Of a DNA stretch of 64,000 bases, positions 28,492 through 41,850 are shown in pieces (the stretch's first letter is position 1; each line of letters opens with the position of its first letter). A model generated the notes under the pieces. The model was not told the DNA's origin. It did not search any database and was given only the letters and a program-made list of their open reading frames with translations. Origin of the DNA: Eledone cirrhosa (Eukaryota); the NCBI GenBank assembly GCA_964016885.1, contig OZ024742.1:329158001-329222000 (forward strand), read 5' to 3'. The translations under genes and the position numbers were made by a program.

Positions 28492-29202
28492 TTATAAAAG
28501 ATTATTGATGTGCTTGTTTTTAGAGTTATCTTTGCCGTTGTTGTCACGCTTGTTAAAATTGCGGTTTTACAGTTATCGCCCTTGCTGTTGATGCATGCAT
28601 TTCGATTGTTCTAGGTTTTCATTATCAAACCCTTTTAATGTTTGTTTCTTTTCCTCTTTCTGCTAATTTATGGTTCTTTTTCACATTTGAACTTCTTATT
28701 TGCGTGCTATCCATCCATTGTCATACAGTTTTCTAGCGTCACAATCATAGACAAACAATCGTCTACACTCAACACTACTATCATTCCCCATCCTCTCACC
28801 ATACACTCCGTATTTCCCCAAATATATAGCACCATACAACCCACCAACTTTTCCCAACCATAACGCCATAGTAACGCCTCTACTGATTCACTTCAATACA
28901 ATTCTTAATATTCAAATTCAATTTTCAAACACACAGACCTAACATTCATTACATATCACTCTTTTCTCGCAGCGTTTTATCTTAAAACAAGCTCTCCTCC
29001 CACAAAAACCGCCACCCAAACATCACAATCAACGACATTCGTCTCCTTTGAATTCATTTAATAATTTTATTTCAAAAAGGCAGCGTTTATGCATATTGAT
29101 GTATGTACGCATTAACAAACACATACATATATATTATGTTTTCCTTTATGTAATATACATATTTGTATAATTTGTATTATATATAAATATATATATGTAG
29201 AG

Positions 29203-30421
29203 GTTATATTTAATTTGTTGGGATACAACAAGCAAAATATTTTTATAACTGATATAAAGCACTCAACAAATTATTGGAGTATATATACAATATATTATAA
29301 CAGGTTGGAGTTATGAATGTATAACTTGCTATAAAATAACATAAAATTCATACTCTAATTACATTATTAAGATGGATAATTAACATTTTTTAACATCTTA
29401 ACTTTATAGCATTTAATCCTTAGAGCTATCTAAATTATTAATAAATCGCTAGCAATTTCCTTTACGCTCTACTGCTATTACAAATAAGGGATTATTCTTC
29501 TGTAAACTCTCGGAAATTCCATGAGCATAGACATATTCGGATATTATAAACTTACACATTTTAAAAAATAATTAATTAACAATAAATAATAAAATTATAT
29601 ATAATAACATATTTTGTTTTAATAATATATACTCTTTAATAATAATATATAGGTCTCAACTTTAATAATATAACATACACATTTAAACATTTAAACTACG
29701 GATTGAATTGATAAATTATTAATTAAACATTTAATCAAATTTATTAATTAAATATTAGATACATTCTTCAACTTAGCTTTATTATTGTTTAACTATCTTT
29801 ATTAGTGTCTGTTATTGGTTTATCGGTAGAGGGTCGGACGCCATGCTTTGAAGCATAGAGTTACCTCCCTGTATGATTTGAGTTCAAATCCCGCCGAGGT
29901 TAACTTTGCCTCTCATCCTTACGGGGTCAATAAAATAAAGTACCAGTAATGCACTGGGTATTGATGGCGTTGTGCCAAAAGTAGAAACAATTATTATTGT
30001 TTATCCATCTTACGGTATTCATCCACGCTATATTTATTTCTTCGCCTCTTCTCTCAATTTTACGCTATTCTCTCTTACTAAAATATACTCAGGTTTCTCT
30101 CTTTCTTTCGTTTTTTCTCTTTTTTCTCTCCCTTTTTTCCCTATTCCAACGGCTTAATTTAAATATACTGTTTTTAAACCTTTCCAACACTAATTTGGAT
30201 AATAAACCAACAATAAATCTAATATCTCCACCATCCAGGATATTCCAACCAGAATGGTTGCATTTTTTAAGGGTATGTCAATATTTATTTATAAAACTAA
30301 CCTATATTATATTTTATCTGATGAAACCGCACCATAGTTTACTCTGGTGGCCCTTGAAATATGTATAATGAAATAAATATGGTTTTATAAATATAGTTTC
30401 CATTTGTTAATATATTGTAAA
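29203..30421 (+). mobile_element. Family E non-autonomous PLE-like element (inverted tail, AT-rich body with SINE insertion, pLTR with HHR at 30311-30374)
   Basis: 29203-29295 matches 46504-46595; 30245-30421 matches 47123-47297; attttat-CTGATGA-...cacca/tggtg...-GAAA-tatgta-TA-atgaaat. Confidence 0.7.
29814..29997 (+). mobile_element. Family 1 SINE
   Basis: Full-length match to the family. Confidence 0.9.
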
Positions 30422-30559
30422 AATATATATATATATATATACATTCATACATACACACACACACACTCACACACACACGCACACATATATATATATATTT
30501 AAATAAAATATATATATATACTTATACTTATAAAACTTTACATCTAAATATATATATAT

Positions 30560-31292
30560 CCTTCTATGTTGTTTACTTGTCTCACTCGCTTTACGCGATT
30601 TCCTTTCCCAATAGCTTTATTTAGCTATTGCTCGCACCAACCTGAGGTGTATGATTTTTTATGCGATGCGGTATCAATGATGGTTGGAAGATCACTGACG
30701 AAGGACTATTTTTATCATATGTAACCCATGTGCAACCACGCAGTATCCTTCTTTCTTCTCATGTTTTAAAATATATTTACCTCGGCTGCGTTTGTCTGTT
30801 TCTCTCTTACTGCTTCACCGTTCTCTCTGTTGCTCTCACCTTCTTTCGCCCCCTTTGTCAGTTACACTTTCTCTCGACTGACCTCTTCCTCGCACTTCCA
30901 CTCACTCACTCTCTGTTTCTCCCCTTCTCACTTCCTCCCGTTTGGCTTGTAGTGGGTTCTCTTCTTGCTCACATCTCACTCACGTCGGACGGTCTGTATC
31001 TCGATCGCTCATGAAATCCACCCAGCAATGCTGACCGGATAACCATGTTCCTTGTTTATTCCTATATTTGCGTTGCTTTCATCATTCTGTGTTGTTTACT
31101 TGTCTCACTCGCTTTACGCGATTTACTTGTCCCAACAGCTTTATTTAGCTATTGCTCGCACCAACCTGAGGTGTATGATTTTTGATGCGATGTGCTATCA
31201 ATGATGGTTGGAGGATCACTGACGAAGGACTATTTTTATCATATGTAAGCCATGTGCAACCACGCAGTATTCTTCTTTCTTCTCATGTTTTT
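30560..31292. repeat. ~1.4 tandem copies of a ~525-bp pyrimidine-rich unit (related to 40685-41850)
   Basis: 30561-30767 repeated at 31085-31291; shares tattgctcgcaccaacc.gagg, cttcctcccgtttg and ctcacatctcac with the 41 kb array. Confidence 0.8.
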
Positions 31293-31377
31293 ATATATAT
31301 ATATATATATATAGTAATAATAATAAATTTGAAGACTAACATCCACTGTTATTTTAATAAATATTTGCTCTACGGTT

Positions 31378-31420
<43 letters not shown>

Positions 31421-31605
31421 ACACGCACACACATTTAGATATCCACACAAATATATAATACATATATAATTTCATTGTTGTAATTGTACGGTTATTTAAA
31501 TCGATTTTTGTAAACAACCACTGTCTCTAATTTTTGTATTGTCCTCTATGTGTCTGCCTCTTCTGCCAATAACGAAATAATCATTATTATTATTAGTGAG
31601 AATAG

Positions 31606-32363
31606 TGTGGTAATTGTCAGTACCGGTAGAGCGTTGGATACCTGCCACGTAGTATAGAGTTACGGCTCTTTCCGTTCTCAGTTCAAATCCCGCCGAGGTT
31701 AGGTTTACCTTTCATCCTTATTGAGTCGACAAAATAAAGTACCAGCAATGCACTGTGATCGATTTAATCTACTCCCCCTCCTCTTCAAATTTCTGGCCTT
31801 GTGTCTGAAGTACAAACAATTATTAGTAATAATAGTACTGTTAATATAAAAAAATACGTCGGTCAAAATGTTTTGCGGTATTTGCATACGAGATTCTACA
31901 TTCAAATCCCGCCGTGGTCAACTTTACCATCCATCTTTCCGAGAACATATTCCATAAAATATATTCCCAGTTAAAGACCGACGTCGATATAAGCGACTCT
32001 ACTCTTTCCTTAAATTGCTGGCTTTTTGTTAATTTTCGAAAAAAAAAGTTATTATAAATTTCGTCGAAGACGACTCAGCCTTTCATTCTTCCAGACTGGA
32101 CAAAACATAGTACCAGTCCAGTTCTAGCGCCTAGTGTCTACATTAGAACTGTGGGTTGGCAGTATCGGTTGAAGGTCAGAAGCCATGCTTTGCAGCATAT
32201 AGTTACGCCCCTTTACGTTCTGAGTTCAAAACACGCCGAGGTTAACTTTACCTTTTATCCACACGGGGTCGATAATATAAAACACCAGTGATGCACTAGG
32301 GTCGATTTAATCGCCTTCCCCTCCCCCCAAATTGCTGGCTTAGTGCCTCATTCAGAAACCGTT
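31606..32363 (+). mobile_element. Cluster of family 1-type SINEs (31606-31825, diverged 31850-32040, fragment ~32060-32120, 32151-32363)
   Basis: Repeated gttcaaatcccgccgagg and gtaccag cores; these copies keep an extra gtcgatttaatc...ccctcc segment missing from the shorter subfamily. Confidence 0.8.
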
Positions 32364-32492
32364 CTGTTTTAATGAAGTAACACAAAATAAAAGCATAAAA
32401 AAGCCAAACAATCTTTAAGTAATGAAAGCTATACAACTTCCACTAATTTCAACACCATTGACGTCAGTCACCACTAGCAAACACCAGTACTA

Positions 32493-32680
32493 TAATAATT
32501 GTTTCTCCTTTTGGCACAAGGCCAGCAATTACCCAGTGCATTACTGATGCTTTATTTTATCGACCCCGTAAGGATGAAAGGCAAAGTTAACCTCGGCGGG
32601 ATTTGAACTCAAACCGTAAAGGGTCGTATCTCTATGCTGTAAAACATAACGTCCAACTCTCTACCGATACTGCTAATCCT
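32493..32680 (-). mobile_element. Family 1 SINE
   Basis: Reverse complement of the family consensus; a more diverged copy follows at ~32700-32830. Confidence 0.9.
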
Positions 32681-33971
32681 AATCCACCATAATATTGGTT
32701 CAGATTTTGGCAGAAGGCGAGCAGTTTGTGGTGGTGGGGAAGTCATTACGTCGACCCCAGTACTTAGTTGGTAATTTATGTTATCAGCCACGGAAGGATG
32801 AAAGGGAAAGAACTCAGAATGTAAATAGCCAACTAAATACTTCTGTACATTCTTTTGATTCCCTAACGAATCTACAAATCTACTGCCCTCGAGCACCACA
32901 ACAATAATCAGAACACAACAATTAAAATGACAAAGCATGATGAAAGGTCACCCCTGCCACACACTTTCTTTTTTCATATTTAACTTTTTTTCTATTTCCT
33001 TCTTTATATTTTAATTTGTATTTCTCTCTTCATTCTTTCTTTACTTCTTCCTTTTTTCTTCCCACATCCGTTCTTTATTTCTTCCAAGTATTGCTCTTCT
33101 TCCACTCTTATTTCCTTTCTTGTTTTCTATCTATCTATCTTCAAATCAATCTCTATATTGCATGAAACTAATCTCCTTCCGACGTCTGCCATATTCCTCG
33201 ACGCCCTCCACTAAACCTGAACCCAATAAACTTTCAAACCTAAAACGAAACTAGAAAACCCACACCAGCTCCACCATACTCCACCCCATGATTACATTCG
33301 TGATTACTACAACAGATCAATAGCAAGCGGCGAACACTACTCTGCATGCAGGCACGCGTATGAACGCACACTTGCTTGCTCACGTGCACACATGTAAACA
33401 CACATGCACACAAACATATATATATACGCTTGCTCATGCCAGCACACATATTCATGATTACATCTCGGCACGTGGAATTCTATACATAAATGCAATCCCT
33501 CTCATCTCAGCATATATACAAAACTCCCGAAAGCTCATACAGACTTAAGCGCACCCACTCATCCACATATATTAAAAACGTCATAATATTCATGGACAAT
33601 TAAACATATGCATCACTTCAATATACACACACACGCACATGGACACACATACGCATATTAATACTTTCACATGTGCACACATGCTTGTACGCATACTTAC
33701 ACCTCAACATGTACTCATTGCACATACTTCAAACAGTTTAACGTCCCTCTAGCATTGCTAATGCCCAGCCCATCGGATCCAACCTCAATCAAAACCACCG
33801 AACGCCATATCCGTAATTCTTTAATATCCCCTTAACTTACACTACATCAGCCACAAGCTCTTTTCAAGTTATTTGACGTTCCAGAGTTCAATTACCAACT
33901 CTGAATGAATATGAGCAAACAAAATATATGTAGATAGTTCCATACATATATACCTATATAATTATATGCAT

Positions 33972-34029
<58 letters not shown>

Positions 34030-35021
34030 GTATGTATGCATATATGTTTTTTTTTCGTTTACGATGAAGACTTTTCTATTTAGTTTAGCAACGGAAGCAT
34101 CTGCTGATAAAATAAACATTTCAAAATGCATGCAACTTTAAATTTTTCTATCCCAAAAGTATGGAATAACATGAAAAATAAAATATCATACTGAAGGATA
34201 GAAGTTGCTACTGGAAATCAAAATCATAGCCTTACGACATGATCATGAGCCAAACATCCTAAGCAAATAAGCCACGCAGCTTCACACATATTCTCATCTG
34301 AGTGACAAATCATTAGCTTGTTGTTACTTAGTCCTTATTAAACCTGACTGTGAAGCCTAGTTAACAACGAGCTTACAGCAATAATAATCCTTTTTTTAAT
34401 GAGGTTTGAAAGACTTAAATATCTGATGTCTCTTCCATTTTCTCTTGAAAATTTTTTTCCTGAAAAGGCTCGGGAATGTGATATGAGAATATTTTACTTG
34501 CTATTTCTAGTAGACTGAGCAACCACATAATGATTCCTTGATATTGATGTATATACCGCTGTTACTGTGGTTGGTTCTGGTGGCACTACTGTTTTGATGT
34601 TGTTTACCATGTTAGATCTAATGAAGCAGATCTATCATAAGATCAACAGCATTCCAGCCGTGTCTATATCATTCTTCGTTCTACTATGTGCAGGGACCCA
34701 AGGCCCACATTATCCAATGCCTTTCTTTCACATCATTGGGGTTGAGGTGGGGCGTGATGTCATTTAAGCGAGAGCAAAAATGTTGTTTTTTCAGGTTTAA
34801 CGACTGTGAGGTGACGGTCTGAGGTTTTTTGACTCTTTTTCTCTGAGATAGAAATACTTTCTTTTTAAATATCTCAACCCAGGGATCAACACTGTTTGAA
34901 CACCAATGAGCCACTTATCTTTTTATTGAACTATTTAAGTGTCGTGAAGCTGTGTGACGACGAGTTGTGTCTTTGACTAAAGCACTTCATTTCATTCCCC
35001 CCCCCCCCCAGTATATTCAGT

Positions 35022-35252
35022 GAAGGCGCGTTGCTGAGTGGTTAGAGAATTGGAATCGCAATCGTGAGGTTGCGAGTTCGATTCCCGGACCAGCTGATAT
35101 GTTATGTCATTGAGCAAGGCACTTTATTTCACGCTGCTCCCTCTATCTGCAGTTGCGACCAATAGTTAGTATTAGCAATTGGAAAGACCAGTGGAAGCAT
35201 TGTTTCCACGGTCCGATTTGACGAAAGTCGATCGACTGTCGATATTCAGTTG
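35022..35252 (+). mobile_element. tRNA-derived SINE, family 2, with extra 3' segment
   Basis: ggcgcgttgctgagtggttagag (A box), gagttcgattcc (B box), ttgagcaaggcactttatttcac; matches 59148-59372. Confidence 0.8.
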
Positions 35253-35455
35253 AATATGAGCACCAGTGGCAGCTGCATATTAACCAATTCACAAATAGGC
35301 TTCTCGTTCAGGGCTGAATCATATAATCTCAGGCACCAAACCTCCCTGAAAACAGGATAAGGCCCGAGCTTGTCCCAACTCCTGCAAGCATGGAACAACG
35401 GGTGTTCACATTATAATTGACATTTTTTATTATTTGTGCCATCTCTAATGTGGCG

Positions 35456-35638
35456 TTGGATTGGCAGTATCAGTAGAGAGTCGGACGACAGGCTTTGTAG
35501 CATAGACTTACGCTCCTTTATGATCTGAGTTTAAATCCCGCCGATGTTACCTTTGCCTTTTATCCTTACGGGGTCGATAACATAGAGTACCAGTAATACA
35601 CTGGGATAATTGCTGGCATTGTGCCAGTAGAAACAATT
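35456..35638 (+). mobile_element. Family 1 SINE with 15-bp TSD
   Basis: atctctaatgtggcg at 35441-35455 and 35639-35653. Confidence 0.9.
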
Positions 35639-36314
35639 ATCTCTAATGTGGCGAATTGGCAGAGCTACCTGTATATTGCACTCTTACTTCAAATATCGAG
35701 GTTAAGTATGCTTTTCAGGAGCAATGTCGCACATTTGAAAGCTTGGAACCAGTGTCGCTAAAAGCCATTTTTTCCAAGTGAGTGGAATTCAATAATTTGG
35801 AAGTGTCTTGCTCAAGAACAAATCGCACTGCTCGCTGCAAGAGCCAAAATCACGATCATAAAAATATTACCCTCAACACCTTAACCACTAAACCATGCTC
35901 CCTCAGAATACCATTTACCCGGCTATTTACTAGACTCAATGCAATCGACTGTTCACATACCAACCAGCATTTAAGGGCTTGTTTCTATATAATACATCAT
36001 GATTATATAATCTAATACTCCCTCTCCTCTTTTTGATTGGCTGTTATCTTTAACATACCAAGTGACTGTGTAAAGGCTCTCTCATTTAGGATATGATTTG
36101 TGGAAGACTTATCTGCTATTTCTTGCTTACCTAATGACTACACAGAGGCACTTGCATTTAGTTATATGTCTATCTTAATGGGTAGTTAAATAGTGATTAA
36201 TCATCATCTAGATGGTCTTAAATAGATTAAAAGAGGAATTTAGTCAAATGAAATTACCATCTCTTGCCAGGCATACACTGTTTTTCTGATAAACTGTTTG
36301 GAATGGAATGGATA

Positions 36315-36625
36315 TCCGGCAGTTTCGACGATGAGTGTTCCAGCTGTTCAATCAACTAAACAGCCTGTTTGTAAAATTAATATTCTAGTGACAGAGCATT
36401 TCACAGAAAAATGTACTTTTCACGTAATACTGAGAAAGATTTAGCGTGAATGTCTCTTTGAATTACTGCTATAGTCAATCAAACTGGCCTCCAGAAATTT
36501 CTGTCTACTCAGTTTCACGCACAAAGTTTGAATCGACACGCGTCTATTGCAAATAACACTTACTCAAATGACACTCAGTGGTATAAAACTTGGGACCATA
36601 TTAATGCAAAACCAACAAGTTAACC
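36315..36625 (-). mobile_element. Old SINE-like dispersed repeat (family 3)
   Basis: Shares ccgg...gacgatgagtg.tccag.tgttc and later blocks with ~59505-59835 and ~62578-62900. Confidence 0.55.
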
Positions 36626-38719
36626 CTTGTGTCAAGCTGCAACCGTTAACCGGGAAAAGACGACAGTACACATGTATGTTTAATACGAATCATCTAGGGA
36701 GATTATGTAATGGTACTACAATGTGCACCCCTTTCTCCCCAAGAAAATGTTTTCAGCTTACAGTTTAGTAAACTGATGAACCTAGATTTGGAACCTTTTT
36801 GCCCTGATGAACATAAGAAAATGTCTAAGCCTGACTTTTCCACTATATCGTATTCATTCACCCAAGCCAAATTATCTGACATCATAACTGGACACTACCC
36901 TCTCCACTATCTTGTTTATTGACATTATGCTATTACCCAACGAATACGTTTAATGAATTAATTATTGATCATAGAATTTTTTTTATTATACACACTTGAA
37001 TAAAACTGTGATACATGAATGTTGCAGTATCAACCTAAAACTCTCTCTCAATCAGTGAAGGTTGGAGACGGAAATAACAGTTGTTAAAATGTATGTATGT
37101 ATGTATGTATGTATGTATGTATGTATGTATGTATGTATGGTTAAGAGAGTGGGACTGGCTTTGTGCAGTGCCTTTGCTCATAATAAAAGCGTCACGGCAC
37201 AAGCATTGCTTTATATCTGGAGATCTCTCTGCACTTGTCGTCACATTGTACCATGGGCCCAGCACTATGTGTCAATAATTGTCACAAGTATAGTGTTTGT
37301 GCCAGAGTTTTCAAGTCGCTGGCTGGACTAAAAAGTCACACTCGTTCAGCGCATCGGTAGGGGTTCTCCTACATGGATATAAAGTAGTGGCCGTACTTGA
37401 AAACGAGTTGGCAGCCACCATGTATGTATGTATGGCCTTTCACCACTTAAAACACCTTCAAAGCACAGGCATTGCTTATTCAGGCTTTGCTTATGCAGAG
37501 CTTGCAGCCATGTATGTATGTGTGCACACATTTATGTACGCATGTAAGTGTGTGTATACATGCGTACACACTTCAAGCACTATACACACACGCAAACGCA
37601 AGAAGACAAAAAATAAATAAATAAATAAATAAATAGATTAAATAAAGATGGCGTAGACATAAAATACAACAGGGGGAAACATAATAGCAATCACTGACGA
37701 TGTTGCAGATGTGCAACGAAAGAACTTTGTTAGACTATATATATATGTGTTTATGTATATATTATATCTGTATATCTGTATTTTTTACCGTTGGTCAGTC
37801 AATGGTAAACATTAAGGACCGAATAAATTAACTGATATAAAAGATACAGAACCGAAAACCAACCAAACTGTGATTGTGCCCTGTTATTAATTCTGGCAAT
37901 ATTATTACAACTATATGACCCTCCCCAAATATAAATATATACATCTACCTGTATATATGTGCGAATATACACGTGTATATATCTATGTATGTAAGCATGC
38001 ATGAATGTATATGTGCATAACCTCCACCGATGTAAATCAGAGTAGGGTGCAAACATTGGTAAGAACACAGGAAAAGTCGACTGCATTTTGTTCTTGATTG
38101 ATTTACATCTCAACAGCCTCTGTCACTGCCCTTACTACAAATGTATTGAACAAGTGACTGGCTCGTTGAAAATATGTAACCAACAACAGTATCGTTCACC
38201 CACTGTGATTTAATATTAACATGAAAATAAGCAAATATAAAGCTAAATTTTACTGTCGTTAGATTGTCATTTAAATGGAAAAATTGCAACTAAGCATATA
38301 GAGTTGATAAGAGTAATTTTATCTTTTAACGACAGCAAGCTAATATATAAATCTGGAGAAATTTCTCGTAATTCCATTTGCAGATTAACAGACGATAATA
38401 AAATATCTAAACTTTCATGGAAGACATACAAATGTTTGTTTGCTGCTAAACATGTTCATACTTACTAAATAATAAACTTGTTGGTTGATTAACTTGTGAA
38501 CTGTCTGGAGAAATAGTTGATACTTAATAGTGCCCAGTCTAATAAATGTGACGCACGTATATCATATATTTAATGATCATTTAGAAAGACGAGGGTGATC
38601 GCGTGAGAGAATCCTCAGAGTAACGGATATAATGTATTGCTCCGTTTACTAACAGTTCTTTAATACCACCGAGGTAATCTTTGATGTTCATCAAAATCAA
38701 TATATATATTATGTTTTTG

Positions 38720-38775
38720 AATGTAAGTATGTATGTATACGTACATACATATATGTATACAGACGTACAGTAGCA

Positions 38776-38859
<84 letters not shown>

Positions 38860-39288
38860 CAGGTACACATACATATATGTACGTATCAGTTTAGCGGACG
38901 TTTATTATAACGCCCGCTTTGTCCGTTTGTAAACAAACTGACAGCCTGAATTCATGCCGTACGGTGTTAAGGCAACCACGTCACCTTTTTGTTCAACACT
39001 GACACAGGAACGATCTACTAGTTTCAAGCTTCTCAGCTATCATCAGCACCGTATACCCTTCTGCCAGATGGTTGAACGTTCGAAAGTATAAACTTTCCTT
39101 AAGAAAATTAACGGCTGAGCAGCCTAATTTGCATATCGAGTGAGTTCAGTCGGCCAGGCGCACCGAAAACGATAAGTTGTAATAAAATGAAAACGAAATT
39201 TCATTTCTCACTCTTAGTACGGCACTTACTTAAATGTAAGTATGTATGTATACGTACATACATATATGTATACAGACGTACAGTAGCA

Positions 39289-39340
<52 letters not shown>

Positions 39341-39463
39341 CAGGTACACATACATATATGTACGTATCAGTTTAGCGGACGTTTACAACGTTACAAACGG
39401 ACAAAGCGGGCGTTATAATAAACGTCCACTAAACTGATACGTACATATATGTATGTGTACCCG

Positions 39464-39507
<44 letters not shown>

Positions 39508-39618
39508 TGCTACTCTACCTCTGTATACATATATGTATGTACGTATACATACATACTTACATTTAAGTAAGTGCCGTATTAAGAGTGAGATATGAAATTT
39601 CGTTTTCATTTTATTACA
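38720..39618. mobile_element. Retrozyme-like HHR repeat locus 2 (diverged subfamily): ~1.3 tandem units on - (38720-39385) plus inverted partial unit (39390-39618)
   Basis: Colinear with the 423-nt unit; aatgtaagtatgtatg at ~38720 and ~39233. Confidence 0.85.
39011..39051 (-). ncRNA. Minimal type I hammerhead ribozyme, family C variant
   Basis: cggtg-CTGATGA-tagct gaga agctt-GAAA-CTAG-TA-gatcg. Confidence 0.8.
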
Positions 39619-39959
39619 AATTATGTTATTGGTTACCATCAAAAGTCAGTAATATATAATAGGTCTGAAGTATTGAGGTCGAATCATGCCACTTCCCAAA
39701 TTATTAAAGTGAATGAAGTGGGTCCAGAACTGCAGTTAAATTTCAGAGAAAACAGTCCTATAACCAGTAAACCGACAATGATTGTGATGGCCATGAACAG
39801 AACGATCCTTAGGTTTGATATCGGTGTACCCTTCCCGTAGATATAAGTTTTGAGAAGAAATGCAGGTACCAAAATTGTATTACAAAATGCGCTCATCATG
39901 TCGACTATTTGTTGCCCCACCAAACTAATTTCATCTCTCCATTTGACAACACCTATTTT

Positions 39960-40138
39960 ATAATTGTTTCTACTTTTGGCACAAGGCCAGCAATTATCTC
40001 AGTGCATTACTGGTACGTTATTTTATCGACCTCGTAAGGATGAAAGGCAAAGTTAACCTCGGCGGGATTTGAACTCAGACCATAGTGTAACTCATTGCTG
40101 CAGAGCATGGTGTCCGCTCTCTATCGATACTGCCAAAT
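39960..40138 (-). mobile_element. Family 1 SINE
   Basis: Reverse complement of consensus; acacctattttataa repeated at 39949 and 40211. Confidence 0.9.
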
Positions 40139-40459
40139 CACTGCTCATTTTATAAGGCTGGGTTTTAAGAATCATTATCACCAAACAAGTCTAACTGATA
40201 CGGCCAATTCACACCTATTTTATAATGCTGGGTTTTAAGAATCATTATCACCAGACAAGACTACCTGAGGCGAGAATGATGGTACGGCCACCAATACTTG
40301 TCCATGTATCAGGTTGTACTGAATTGGATATTACCAGTAGCACTGAAATATATCTGAAATATATCTATTATACTCTGCTATGTGGTTACCTCCGATTCAA
40401 CCCGGAATAACGTATATATATATATATATATATATGCACGCGCACACACACACACGCGC

Positions 40460-40491
<32 letters not shown>

Positions 40492-40514
40492 AATATATAT
40501 ATTGTATATATATA

Positions 40515-40588
<74 letters not shown>

Positions 40589-40684
40589 AAACAAACGAAA
40601 AATCAGTGATGCATCTAGACTCAGTTTATTGCGTGTTACAATTCGAGACATGATCACTGTAGAGAAGAAACAAGTCCGTCATAT

Positions 40685-41850
40685 CTGATGAAGGGCTAAT
40701 TTTATTCATATGTAACCCATTTTCTACCACGCAGCACGCCATTTTTCATATATTTATATTTTCCTCCGCTGTGACCTGACTGTTTCTTTCTTACTGCTTC
40801 CCCTTTCTCTGTATCTCTTACCCTCTCTTTACCCTCTCTGCCAGTCTCTCTCACAGCTGGCCTCTTCCACACACTTTCACTCACTTACTCTCTGCCACTC
40901 CCCTTTCTCACTTCCTCCCGTTTGACCTGTGTGAAATCCTTTTCTCGCTCACATCTCACCCAGGTCGGATGGTCTTTATCACTCGTTTATGATTTCAATG
41001 AACTGAAGTTAATAGATATCACGGACTTGTTTCTTCTCTTCCTCTATTTCCGTTGCATTACCATCTATGTTTGTTTAAATGTCTCGCTCGCTTCACCCTA
41101 ATTTACGTGTCCCAATAACTTTGTTTTAGATATTGCTCGCACCAACCAGAGGTATAGCCAGTCACTCTCTCTCAGCTAGCCAATTCCTGACACCTTTACT
41201 CACTCTCTGCCAATCCCCTCTCTCACTTCCTCCCGTTTGACCTGCGTGAAATCCTTTTCTCGCTCACATCTCATCCATGTCGGATGGTCTTTATCTCTCA
41301 TTTATGATTTCACAGAACTGAAGTTCATAAATATCACGGATTGTTTCTTCTCTTCCTCTCTTTCCGTTGCATTACCATCTATGTTTGTTTACATGCCTCG
41401 CTCGCTTCACCCTAATTTACGTGTCCCAATAACTTTTTTTTAGTTATTGCTCGCACCAACCAGAGGTATAGCCAGTCACTCTCTCTCAGCTGACCTATTA
41501 CTCACACTTTTACTCACTCACTCTCTGCTACTCCTCTCTCTCACTTCCTCCCGTTTGACCTGCGTGAAATCCTTTTCTCGTTCACATCTCACCCAGGTCG
41601 GATAGTCTTTATTTCTCGTCTATGATTTCACAGAACTTAAGTTCATAGATATCACGGACTTGTCTCTTCTCTTCCTCTATTTCCGTTGCATTACCATCTA
41701 TGTTTGTTTAAATGTCTCGCTCGCTTCACCCTATTTTACGTGTCCCAATATCTTTCTTTAGTTATTGCTCGCACCAACGAGAGGTATATGATATTTAAAG
41801 CGAAGAAATACCAATGAAGCTTGGAAGATCCCTGATGAAAGACTAATTTT
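40685..41850. repeat. Three tandem ~316-bp units nested in one longer parent unit
   Basis: cttcctcccgtttgacctg at ~40911, ~41226 and ~41544; ctgatgaa.g.ctaattttat at 40685 and 41832 brackets the array. Confidence 0.9.

Noticed and set aside
39684-39923. 79-aa hydrophobic ORF that might be a membrane-protein exon
   Set aside because: No recognisable family motif or convincing splice sites, and squeezed between repeats; BLASTX would settle it.
40845-41790. CRISPR-like or prokaryotic repeat array
   Set aside because: Units are ~316-bp full repeats with no unique spacers, in a eukaryotic context.
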